Made by a program: the position numbers and the translations under genes
Notes under the pieces: generated by a model
Seen by the model: only the letters and a program-made list of their open reading frames with translations
Databases searched by the model: none
Told to the model about the DNA's origin: nothing
Shown: piece by piece, positions 22,501 to 33,772 of the stretch
Layout: the number at the start of each line of letters is the position of its first letter
How positions within the stretch are numbered: position 1 is the stretch's first letter
Assembly: GCA_002269645.1 (NCBI GenBank)
Contig: NIVC01000977.1
Location: 310,001-374,000 of the forward strand
Reading direction: 5' to 3'
Origin: Macrostomum lignano
Lineage: Eukaryota
Length of the DNA stretch: 64,000 nt

Positions 22501-25500
22501 AGATGCTTGATTCCAGATCCCAAATACCAGATGCTTGATTTCAGATCCCAAATACCAGATGCTTGATTCCAGATCCCAAATACCAGATGCTTGATTCCAG
22601 ATCCCAAATACCAGATGCTTGATTCGAGATCCCAGATCTCAGATGCTAGATCCCAAACACTAGATGCTTGATTCCAGATCCCAAATACCAGATGCTTGAT
22701 TCGAGATCCCAGATCTCAGATGCTAGATCCCAAACACTAGATGCTTGATTCCAGATCCCAAATACCAGATGCTTGATTCCAGATCTCAAATACCAGATGC
22801 TTGATTCGAGATCCCAGATCTCAGATGCTAGATCCCAAACACTAGATGCTTGATTCCAGATCCCAAATACCAGATGCTTGATTCCAGATCCCAAATACCA
22901 GATGCTTGATTCCAGATCCCAAATACCAGATGCTAGATTCCAGATCCCAAATACCAGATGCTTGATTCCAGATCCCAAATACCAGATGCTTGATTCCAGA
23001 TCCCAAATACCAGATGCTTGATTCCAGATCCCAAATACCAGATGCTTGATTCCAGATCCCAAATACCAGATGCTTGATTCCAGATCCCAAATACCAGATG
23101 CTTGATTCCAGATCCCAAATACCAGATGCTTGATTCCAGATCCCAAATACCAGATGCTTGATTCCAGATCCCAAATACCAGATGCTTGATTCCAGATCCC
23201 AAATACCAGATGCTTGATTCCAGATCCCAAATACCAGATGCTTGATTCCAGATCCCAAATACCAGATGCTTGATTCCAGATCCCAAATACCAGATGCTTG
23301 ATTCCAGATCCCAAATACCAGATGCTTGATTCCAGATCCCAAATACCAGATGCTTGATTCCAGATCCCAAATACCAGATGCTTGATTCCAGATCCCAAAT
23401 ACCAGATGCTTGATTCCAGATCCCAAATACCAGATGCTTGATTCCAGATCCCAAATACCAGATGCTTGATTCCAGATCCCAAATACCAGATGCTTGATTC
23501 CAGATCCCAAATACCAGATGCTTGATTCCAGATCCCAAATACCAGATGCTAGATTGCAAAGACGAACTTGCACACAAACAGTAACTGCACCAACCTCGCA
23601 CATGAACTCCTTCACAGCCATCGCAATGACCCGCTCCTGTGTGAACACCACGGCTCTGAAAGCCTCACCATCCGGCAGTTCTTTGTGATGTTTTATCAGC
23701 GAATCCATCAGCTTCAGACACTTCTCCGAGCACAGATCCTCAGGAGTCTGGGCTGATAGCGCCTTCAGCTTGTACTGCTCAGATGCATCCAGCAGAATCT
23801 GTTGCGTCTCTTTTAAAGCGTCCTGCTCTTCTGGTTTCAGCGGCCCGGATGCGCCCTGAATGACATCGCTCAGCTCCTTGACATACATCTGCATCACCCG
23901 GAAGCAGCAGAAGTGGCCGAGCTCTTTCAGCGAGCTCAGCGAATCCGACAGGGCTCGGTGGCATCTGCGAAACGGCGACTCGCTTGAGCCTGAGCCTGGG
24001 GCTGGCGATTCGAATTTGAAATGCGGAAATATTGTTCACACAAAATATAGAATACAGTACTCGTATATACCAGCGCTAGGGCGGCAATTCTGAACTGGTT
24101 ATCCCAGTGTCTAATCCTCCACAGGTTTGGATTATCCCAGTGTCTAATCCTCCACAGGTTTGGATTATCCCAGTGTCTAATCCTCCACAGGTTTGGATTA
24201 TCCCAGTGTCTAATCCTCCACAGGTTTGGATTATCCCAGTGTCTAATCCTCCACAGGTTTGGATTATCCCAGTGTCTAATCCTCCACAGGTTTGGATTAT
24301 CCCAGTGTCTAATCCTCCACAGGTTTGGATTATCCCAGTGTCTAATCCTCCACAGGTTTGGATTATCCCAGTGTCTAATCCTCCACAGGTTTGGATTATC
24401 CCAGTGTCTAATCCTCCACAGGTTTGGATTATCCCAGTGTCTAATCCTCCACAGGTTTGGATTATCCCAGTGTCTAATCCTCCACAGGTTTGGATTATCC
24501 CAGTGTCTAATCCTCCACAGGTTTGGATTATCCCAGTGTCTAATCCTCCACAGGTTTGGATTATCCCAGTGTCTAATCCTCCACAGGTTTGGATTATCCC
24601 AGTGTCTAATCCTCCACAGGTTTGGATTATCCCAGTGTCTAATCCTCCACAGGTTTGGATTATCCCAGTGTCTAATCCTCCACAGGTTTGGATTATCCCA
24701 GTGTCTAATCCTCCACAGGTTTGGATTATCCCAGTGTCTAATCCTCCACAGGTTTGGATTATCCCAGTGTCTAATCCTCCACAGGTTTGGATTATCCCAG
24801 TGTCTAATCCTCCACAGGTTTGGATTATCCCAGTGTCTAATCCTCCACAGGTTTGGATTATCCCAGTGTCTAATCCTCCACAGGTTTGGATTATCCCAGT
24901 GTCTAATCTTCAAAAAGATCGGATTATTTCAGTGTCTAATCCACAACAATATCGGATTATCCCAGTGTCTAATCCACAACAGGATCGGATTATCATAGTG
25001 TCTAATCCCCCATAGGATCGGATTATCCCAGTGTCTAATCCCCCATAGGATCGGATTATCCCAGTGTCTAATCCCCCATAGGATCGGATTATCCCAGTGT
25101 CTAATCCCCCATAGGATCGGATTATCCCAGTGTCTAATCCCCATAGGATCGGATTATCCCAGTGTCTAATCCCCCATAGGATCGGATTATCCCAGTGTCT
25201 AATCCCCCATAGGATCGGATTATCCCAGTGTCTAATCCACAACAAGATCGGATTATCCCAGTGTCTAATCCCCCATAGGATCGGATTATCCCAGTGTCTA
25301 ATACTTCATAGCATTGGATTATCCCAGTGTCTAATCCCCCATAGGATCGGATTATCCTAGTGTCTAATACTTCATAGCATTGGATTATCCCAGTGTCTAA
25401 TCCTTTATAGAATCATATTCTTAAAAAACTCAAACACTGCAGTGTATGACTTCAAACCCAGCTGATCAATATGATTAATAATTTGATCTGAAGCAACTAA

Positions 25501-28125
25501 CCGGAGCTCCGACCCCTCGAACTCCGACCCGAATTAGCTCTGCCGTTATCTAATCGCTGTTTAGCGTCAGCCAGGGAGCGGCACAGCAGCAGGTAGATCG
25601 GGTCGCTGATGGTCTCGGACTTCTCCTCCTCAGTGCTGTACAGCGGCTTGTAGAGCAGCGTCTCTTCGCTGCAGCGCAGTCGAAATCCTTCGGCCTCCTG
25701 GTGGGTGGAGGTGACGATGCGAGCGTCCAGCATCTTCCGCTGCAGTTCATCAAGTCGCTCCTGAAATGTCGCAACAGGTAGGTTAAAAAATTCACTTTTA
25801 GGGCTTAGAAATTAAGCTAGAACAATAGAAATGGGCAAATAGGCAGGGCCTAGAATAGTATAAGCAGCGTAGCAACGGAGGGGTGGACATACATGATCTT
25901 GAAGACCACGGTGTTTTTGTTTGTTTGAAGGCAGAAGATCGCATTATATCACTCAGTCATTAGGACTCAGGATTCTCAGCACCTAATAATCCATAAGATC
26001 GGATTATCCCAGTGTCTAATCCTCCATAAGATCGGATTATCCCAGTGTCTAACCCTCCATAGAAACGGATTATCCCAGTGTCTAACCCTCCATAGAAACG
26101 GATTATCCCAGTGTCTAATCCTCCATAAGATTGGATTATCCCAGTGTCTAACCCTCCATAAGATCGGATTATCCCAGTGTCTAACCCTCCATAGAAACGG
26201 ATTATCCCAGTGTCTAATCCTCCATAAGATTGGATTATCCCAGTGTCTAACCCTCCATAAGATCGGATTATCCCAGTGTCTAACCCTCCATAGAAACGGA
26301 TTATCCCAGTGTCTAATCCTCCATAAGATTGGATTATCCCAGTGTCTAACCCTCCATAAGATCGGATTATCCCAGTGTCTAACCCTCCATAGAAACGGAT
26401 TATCCCAGTGTCTAACCCTCCAAAGAAACGGATTATGCCAGTGTCTAACCCTCCATAGCAACGGATTATGCCAGTGTCTAACCCTCCAAAGAAACGGATT
26501 ATGCCAGTGTCTAACCCTCTATAGCAACGGATTATGCCAGTGTCTAACCCTCCAAAGAAACGGATTATGCCAGTGTCTAACCCTCCAAAGAAACGGATTA
26601 TGCCAGTGTCTAACCCTCCAAAGAAACGGATTATCCCAGTGTCTAACCCTCCAAAGAAACGGATTATGCCAGTGTCTAACCCTCCATAGCAACGGATTGT
26701 CCCTGTATCTAAAACGTTAGAGAATCGGATTATCCCAGAGTCTAATCCTTCGTAGGATCGGATTATCCCAGTGTCTAATACATTAAAGCATCGGATTATC
26801 CCACTATCTAATCCCTACCTGCAGCTTGTTCCGCCTGATATTGCCATTAAACAGACAGGCGGTGAGGCCAACCAGCCGCATTCCAGTCCGATCCCAGCCT
26901 TTCTGAGACATCTCCAACAGGCGCTGACAGATTGCGGCATAGGCGTCGCCCTTGTCAAGGTGGTGACACTCGTCCAGAACTAGCAGAGACACCCAGTGAG
27001 GCCTGGCCTTGGCGTGGTTGAGAAGGTCCTTGAAAATGTCGGCAGTCATCACCAGGACCCGGTGCTGCTCAAACATCTGACGCCATTTGTCGCCTGCCCA
27101 GAGGTCGATCATTTCGCCGCCCATGTCGCCAATGAATTCGCCAACGTCCTTGGAATCTTGGGCGGTGAACAGGCAGCGGCGAATCTCTGCGGCCTGCTGG
27201 CGGACCAGCGGCACTGGAGAGCAGCAGAAACAGGTGGCTGAGTGAGGGCTGAGGTGGCTGAGGTGGCTGAGTGAGGGCTGAGGTGGCTGAGTGAGGGCTG
27301 AGGTGGCTGAGTGAGGGCTGAGGTGGCTGAGTGAGGGCTGAGGTGGCTGAGTGAGGGCTGAGGTGGCTGAGTGAGGGCTGGGGTGGCTGACTGAGGGCTT
27401 TGGTGGATGAGTGAGGGCTGAGGTGGCTGAGTGAGGGCTGGGGTGGCTGACTGAGGGCTTTGGTGGATGAGTGAGGGCTGAGGTGGCTGAGTGAGGGCTG
27501 AGGTGGCTGAGTGAGGGCTGAGGTGGCTGAGTGAGAGCTGAGTTGGCTGACGGCTGGGGTGGCTGACTGAGGGCTTTAGTGGATGAGTGAGGGCTGAGGT
27601 GGCTGAGTGAGAGCTGAGTTGGCTGACGGCTGGGGTGGCTGACTGAGGGCTTTAGTGGATGAGTGAGGGCTGAGGTGGCTGAGTGAGGGCTGAGGTGGCT
27701 GAGTGAGGGCTGAGGTGGCTGAGTGAGGGCTGAGGTGGCTGAGTGAGGGCTGAGGTGGCTGAGTGAGAGCTGAGTTGGCTTAGGGCTGGGGTGGCTGAGT
27801 GAGGGCTTTGGTGGCTAAGTCAAGATTGGGTTTGTCAGTTCGCCTACCCTAAAAAAGGACTTTATAAACAAATACTAGAAGGCCAACTCACCATTCTTCA
27901 CCAGAAACACACACCGTTGACCGCCCTTGTCCAATTCAATTCGAGAGTTGGCCAGATAATACCGAATAAGCATAACGGAGATGAAAGTCTTGCCGCTGCC
28001 CGTGTCAAGCTTCACTATGATGTTGCGCTTGATGCCTTCGCTGGCGATGTCAATCTGAGGCGGGGGCAGTTAGGCAGGCAGATGCAGATGGACAGAGAGA
28101 CAAAGAGAGACAGACAGAGAGACAA

Positions 28126-28178
<53 letters not shown>

Positions 28179-28179
28179 C

Positions 28180-28230
<51 letters not shown>

Positions 28231-28231
28231 C

Positions 28232-28306
<75 letters not shown>

Positions 28307-28448
28307 CAAAGACAGATAGACAGACAGCCAATAGGACATATAGACACGAAGCCATTACAAGCTTTACCTGATATTGCCGAGGTGCATAGACAGGTGCAGC
28401 TTGCTGGTTTTGGTAATTTTCCCCATTGGCATCAGAATTGGTTTCCAT
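12255..28448 (-). CDS. Dcr: Dicer (DExD/H helicase, DUF283, platform/reduced PAZ, RNase IIIa, RNase IIIb, dsRBD); 15 coding exons, 4797 nt, about 1598 aa
   Basis: Exons (minus): 28448-28368, 28054-27892, 27213-26819, 25760-25502, 24001-23595, 21522-21100, 19812-19658, 19131-18831, 18404-18040, 17166-16924, 16274-15858, 15180-14907, 14540-14030, 13559-13318, 12815-12255. All introns are GT-AG and phases are consistent. Motifs: [89 protein letters not shown]. Confidence 0.95.
13025..13160 (+). repeat. Dispersed repeat in Dicer intron 14, second copy at 19845-19980
   Basis: caacagttcgcctctccgtcgc...ttaaaaagtcgcaagactcgccccacagtcgctagagtcaccagtgagttgtt, with a diverged same-orientation copy in intron 6. 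Confidence 0.75.
13575..14011. repeat. 30-bp minisatellite, Dicer intron 13
   Basis: (agccaatcagaatagtccaactggaatgac)n. Confidence 0.95.
14612..14899. repeat. 21-bp minisatellite, Dicer intron 12
   Basis: (ccacacctgtccctaatcaag)n ending next to the splice donor. Confidence 0.95.
15270..15832. repeat. 20/21-bp minisatellite, Dicer intron 11
   Basis: (cagagtgccaagtaaggcat)n and variants. Confidence 0.95.
16335..16915. repeat. 26-bp minisatellite, Dicer intron 10
   Basis: (ggtagtttatggggtagattctctgt)n. Confidence 0.95.
17260..17640 (+). mobile_element. tRNA-derived SINE-like element, plus strand, Dicer intron 9
   Basis: Head gggttgaagcctagtggttagagcgtcggactcacggctgaaaggtcgggggttcgatt has Pol III A and B boxes. 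The body runs to a (TAA)n tract at ~17631; the body extent is inferred. Confidence 0.55.
17631..17950 (-). mobile_element. tRNA-derived SINE, minus strand, Dicer intron 9
   Basis: The reverse complement reads ggggttgtagcctagtggccagagcgtcggactcacgactggaaggtcgggggttcgattcccg (A and B boxes), then ccttgagcaagacaacttaac..cacccagctgtaaaatgggt, similar to conserved central domains of metazoan SINE superfamilies, then an (ATT/ATC)n tail. Confidence 0.8.
18520..18765. repeat. Degenerate ~24-bp purine-rich repeat, Dicer intron 8
   Basis: gagaatcttgggaagggggaatta units. Confidence 0.8.
19162..19612. repeat. (TCTG)n microsatellite, Dicer intron 7
   Basis: Read directly. Confidence 0.98.
20108..21083. 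repeat. 15-bp minisatellite (~65 copies), Dicer intron 6
   Basis: (gcaccagaggcgcca)n, almost homogeneous, with rare G>A variants. Confidence 0.98.
21570..23552. repeat. 28-bp minisatellite with a 757-bp higher-order duplication, Dicer intron 5
   Basis: (agatgcttgattccagatcccaaatacc)n; the variant block aaatatcagatgcttgatttcctg occurs at 21631 and 22388. Confidence 0.95.
24097..25402. repeat. 33-bp minisatellite, Dicer intron 4
   Basis: (ggattatcccagtgtctaatcctccacaggttt)n, homogeneous to ~24905, then cccccataggatc variants. Confidence 0.97.
25995..26815. repeat. 33-bp minisatellite of the same family, Dicer intron 3
   Basis: (ggattatcccagtgtctaaccctccatagaaac)n and variants. Confidence 0.95.
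27232..27815. repeat. 20-bp minisatellite, Dicer intron 2
   Basis: (gagtgagggctgaggtggct)n. Confidence 0.95.
28088..28327. repeat. (GACA)n microsatellite, Dicer intron 1
   Basis: Read directly. Confidence 0.97.
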
Positions 28449-28454
28449 TATAGA

Positions 28455-28495
28455 CTGAAACAATCGGGTTTTAAAAAGAAGAAATCTAAATTAAA
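28455..28495 (-). promoter_or_regulatory. Splice acceptor 6 nt upstream of the Dicer ATG (5'UTR intron or trans-splice site)
   Basis: Minus strand reads tttagatttcttctttttaaaacccgattgtttcAG|tctataATG, preceded by about 2 kb of very AT-rich DNA. Confidence 0.5.
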
Positions 28496-31400
28496 ATAAA
28501 TTATCATAGATTAATTAAGAACAAAACTAACAAAAAAACAGATTAAATATTCTCATGGTAAGTTAAGATAAAAATACAAATAAATATCAGTACAAATCAG
28601 ATTGTATTATTGGTAAATATACTTAGGATACTTATCTTTATTAAAAATATAAAGATGCTTTAAAAAGATGTTTATTGTATAGCTCAAAGAACAAAAATAT
28701 ATGTACAATTGATTACATTTTTTAGTAATTTTGAAAAAGTAAAAAAGTGCAAGTGACACACAAAGGTCATTGTCTTTTCTTATCTCTAGCTATTAAAATT
28801 TTACTGTGCAACTGCTACTAACTTAAGCTTTTTAATATGTTAGTCATTTAGTTTTATTTGTTTATTTGTCTTTTCATTTTTGGAATTTAAAAGTTCAAAG
28901 TAAAAAACAGAAAAAGCCTTCCATAAATGGTAAAAAATCTATGAAAAGATTGTTTCCAAAGTTGGGTAATTTATAGCAAACATTGCTGCAGACTCAATTC
29001 CAATATTCCATGTGACTTATATGTAAATTTTGTTTAGAAATTTAGATGTTCTATTAAGCAGCATGTTTTTTACAAAGGAAAAATGAAGAACCACCTATAT
29101 ACTATACTAAGGTAAAAGAACATTAGATAAAATGATCATTGCTACTTTGTAAATAATGTTGTAAGAATAAATAGATTGGATACTTTAAAATAATTGATTA
29201 TTGACTACACAATGAAAATTCTTGTTTAAATTACTAAAATATTAAGCATTTTTATTAGAACCTAATTTCAATCAAAACTGACTATTTCAATCAAATAAAC
29301 AAATTGCCCTGTCTTGATAATGACTAATATAGTCAAAATGAAAATGCATGGAAAAAATAGAAACAGATATTGATATTATCTTTTCTTTTATTTAAAATTT
29401 TAAAAGATAGTTAAAATTATAAGTTGTTAATTTTTTTCAATTGTATACATAGATGGAAACATTTTAATTTTAGTTATAAGATTTTTTAATATAATCATAT
29501 CCTTTAATATTTATACTATTTTATCAAATCATATATACCCAACTGTTTATTAACCTAACCAATCTAAGTATCTAACTAATAGAAATTGTGGTAAACCAAG
29601 GATAGGTAGCTACAAAATTGATTACCAAAATCAAAAGATGAGAAAGCAGAAAGCAAAGAAACAAAAAAGCAAAAAAGCAAAAAAATGACAAATTAAAAAC
29701 AGTATATAAAAACTAAATAAAAATCATAACACATTAATACAAAATGCAAAAATGTTCAAAATGCAGCAAAATTATCAAATGAACAAATATTTTTTGAATA
29801 AATATAATGAGACCATACACATTTAATACTTGGCCAACCTAGCCCATTTTTCTAGCAAAAGATCTGGCCAAGGTAAATTGCAAAAACACTAACCTAAACA
29901 TAAAAACATAGTACTATAGGACAAAAAGGCATTTTGCCTTAATAATACAGTTATTTTTTGCCATTTATATAAAACTTTATAAATATTTGCTTTATTAAGG
30001 ATTTTTTAATTTAGACAAGTTGCATTTTTGGTTAAAAAATTAGTTATAAGTAATATAAATCATGGGGTTATACATATATACTATAGGCATTAGATACTAT
30101 TTACAAAATAAATTTTTTGTCATTGTCATTTATATTTTAGGGATATAAGGCCTAATAATCATCTTTAATTTTCTAATTTTTAGCTATTAGTCATTTATTA
30201 TATAAAAGCAATAAAAATGAATATTAATATTATAAATCTAGTAAGCCTATAAAAATATTTTGCTTTATCCTTTGGTTTAATAGACTTAAATGGATAATCT
30301 CTAATTGATAATGAATAATGTTCTCCATTTTGTTAATAGGATTTTATAAAATAGAATTTTAATAGGCCTATTAGCATTTTTAATTAAATAAGCACCAATG
30401 CTTTGATTCAAAATTTTTCATAAAAGTTATAGATTGGACCCTGTGTAGCTATGATAACTACATGTGACAAGTATGAGATTCAAATTATGCTTTTGCCTTC
30501 TATAACATTAATACCCTATATTAACTCTTTAGGCTCTTAGCTAAGCCTAGGCCCTAGGCCTATATAGAAAATTCTGATGGCTAACTTGAATCAGTACAGT
30601 GTGCTTTCAGTATTCAGATAGACATTCAGTCAGGCTAACAGTAGCAGCATATTTATCTTTGGTTCTAAAATATAAAATAGGAAATTTGGCGTTGCCAATG
30701 AGTAGCAGTAGTACTAAGTAACAAGAGCATTAGAGGAAATATGCTTGATTCCATACAGAGACACATAGTAAAATAGAGAATAAACTTGCTTTTTAACAAT
30801 CTGTTTCCTACGCTATAGCTTTGTGACACCCAAGATCTTTTTTATGCTTCGCGACGTGAGCCTCGAATCAGTTGGATCAGCTGGTTTCATTCAGGGACTC
30901 GAAAACAGTCATGCCACGGTAATATCGAAAACGAAAATTGTTTTCTCAGAAAATAAAGAGTTCATATACAATCAAGTCACTCGTAATAAAAACAAACAAT
31001 AAAATCAAAAAAATTTTTATAAAATAAGGAAAACTTTTTAAAACAAAGCATGCATTTTTTAGGAAAAAATTAATCCTATTTATGATTTTTCAGTAGTCTA
31101 GCAAAGTTTAATGTATTTGAACTCTTAACTTTGAGAAACGGCTTGCAAACCTTATGGTTGATTGAAAGGTGACACGGTAAACAAGGGACGCCCAATCGCT
31201 ACGACGGCGGCTTTGCTACTGGGTCCGTACTGCCTCCCTGTGGCGAACGCTATTCGCATCGCAAGAAAGGGGGGAAAGAAGCTCATCACACAACCTGTGC
31301 ATACATAATTTAATTTACATGTAAATGTACAACGTACACGTACACAGTGGCGTAGCCAGGAATTTCAATTGGGGGCCGGGCCGAGTCGGCTTGGCTGGCC

Positions 31401-32194
31401 ATGCCTTAAGCCATTGCTACTTTTGGCGCTTCAGGCACTCATTTTGGCGTCGCAGGCACTCATTTTGGCGCCGCAGGCACTTTGGCTATAAAAAAAACCG
31501 ATTTTAACATGTACATATTGTAACAGTAAAACTAAGTGTAGAGATTCATTCATTCATAAAATGCTACTGTTAGTAGAGCAACACTAACACGCAAGGAAAA
31601 AAATAATGTTACACATTTATAGGTGGTAATATTGAAAAAAATGAATCATATGTTACTATATTTAATATGACGCGCAAGAGATGAATCATGATAGCGTAAG
31701 CATGTGTAGCACGACCTCAAATAAGGTACATGTTAAAAACGTCCTCTCCTATAGTCTTTGCTAGAATTTCTACGATTTGACTTTAATTTCGGCCAATCAA
31801 ATTAAACCGAGATAAACCAGTTTTCGCAAAATTTGTGTATAGATATGTACATGTACATAAATACAAACACTCTGAGAGCCCGAAAAACTTCAGAGTCAGA
31901 GCAGTCCCAATTAAGATTAATTTGGTTTGATACAATCGAGAGGATCGGTTCTTTGAGACAAATCCGTACCGTTTGGTAAGCCTTCTGTGACGTCTTTGTT
32001 ATTTGATTATCGAGAGATGAATTGTTGTTAACCTAATGAATTGATTTCTGTTGAATTTTGAATTTTAATAGGCCTCAGCCATATTCCTACGGGATTGGCC
32101 ATGATAGGATCCTTTTGACCGATGATGCCGATACTCGATTAGACGATTTACTGATTGACGATTTATTACGATAACCATTGAAATTATGGGTAGC

Positions 32195-32852
32195 ACGACA
32201 ACTGCCTGCGCGACAACTGCCTGCACGACAACGCCTGCACGACAACTGCCTGCACGGCAACTGCCTGCATGGCAACTGCCTGCATGGCAACTGCCTGCAC
32301 GACAACTGCCTGCACGGCAACTGCCTGCATGGCAACTGCCTGCACGACAACTGCCTGCACGACAACGCCTGCACGACAACTGCCTGCACGACAACTGCCT
32401 GCTCGACAACTGCCTGCACGACAACTGCCTGCACGACAACTGCCTGCACGGCAACTGCCTGCATGGCAACTGCCTGCATGGCAACTGCCTGCACGACAAC
32501 TGCCTGCACGGCAACTGCCTGCATGGCAACTGCCTGCACGACAACTGCCTGCACGACAACGCCTGCACGACAACTGCCTGCACGACAACTGCCTGCTCGA
32601 CAACTGCCTGCACGACAACTGCCTGCACGACAACTGCCTGCACGGCAACTGCCTGCATGGCAACTGCCTGCATGGCAACTGCCTGCACGACAACTGCCTG
32701 CACGGCAACTGCCTGCATGGCAACTGCCTGCACGACAACTGCCTGCATGGCAACTGCCTGCACGGCAACTGCCTGCATGGCAACTGCCTGCACGACAACT
32801 GCCTGCACGGCAACTGCCTGCACGACAACTGCCTGCATGGCAACTGCCTGCG
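32195..32852. repeat. 15-bp minisatellite
   Basis: (gacaactgcctgcac)n with ggcaac/catg variants. Confidence 0.95.
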
Positions 32853-33222
32853 GAAACAACTGCTTTTATTCAAGTTAATAACTAAGTGAACAAATGTACT
32901 TTAGTAGCAAATTAAATCAAGTCTGGTGCTACGCTTCCACACTGCATTTTCAATTCAAGTCGGAGTTACAATTCAGTTATGATGCAATCTATTTCAGAAT
33001 CAGAATTCAACCAGTCAGTTTTTTCTCTAGCATTCTTACAATGCATCTCAAGTCGAAAAGTTTGCTTGACCTTTGCAAAAAAGCATGTTTTTCGAATATT
33101 TAATGCCTTTAGCATCGAGCAATTTCTTAGCCACGATGCATGTACAGTCACGGGAAAATTTCTGATCGAACAGTGCAAGTTCGAACAAAATCGGTCCAGC
33201 CATTTTTTCTCTAATCGATCAC

Positions 33223-33224
<2 letters not shown>

Positions 33225-33255
<31 letters not shown>

Positions 33256-33266
33256 CACAGACAGAC
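33225..33266. repeat. (GATA)n/(GACA)n microsatellite
   Basis: Read directly. Confidence 0.9.
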
Positions 33267-33772
33267 CATTTTTAGTATATTGGATAAATAGTTTCTGTCG
33301 ATGTAGAATTTCGCGTGAGCAGTTAAATATATATATATTTCATACTTTTGAATTCATTACACTAATAAAACCTGTTTTTTATTTCTCTGTTTGGTATTTT
33401 TTTCTAATTACTATAATAACATACTATGATGTTGCGCTCTGAGTTGTTGAACAAGTTCAGCTAGCAGTCTGCAGTTGTCTCCAGTCAGCTGTCGCCGCAT
33501 GCAGGCAGTTGTCGTAGAACCGCGGTACTACGAGCCCCGCAACAGTAAGTGAGAACTGATATCTGTTCCCTAGCCTGCAGACTTGCGGTCTGGAAATGGG
33601 AGTTCGTGCTCTTAGACACAATAGCGCGCAGTCCATTTTTACGACTATCCGGCACCAAGTCAGGAATTGCTTTATTTTCTCTATATTTATTTTTCACAAA
33701 CTTAAAATGTTCAGGCTTAAAATGTTAAAATGTTGCAATTAAAAAATGGTAAATGTTCAGTAGCTTCAGTAG

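Noticed and set aside
24097-26815. 33-bp and 32-bp (33773-35957) regular repeats as CRISPR arrays
   Set aside because: Units are head-to-tail with no unique spacers, there are no cas genes, and the context is eukaryotic introns or intergenic DNA.
1-28448. Functional link between Dicer and the adjacent Maverick/Gypsy relics as a defence island
   Set aside because: Transposon relics are common in such genomes, and nothing in the sequence shows more than chance adjacency.
31345-31480. CAGTGGCGTAGCCAGG as the TIR of a hAT-like MITE
   Set aside because: It looks like a common transposon end, but no matching inverted terminus or TSD was found nearby.
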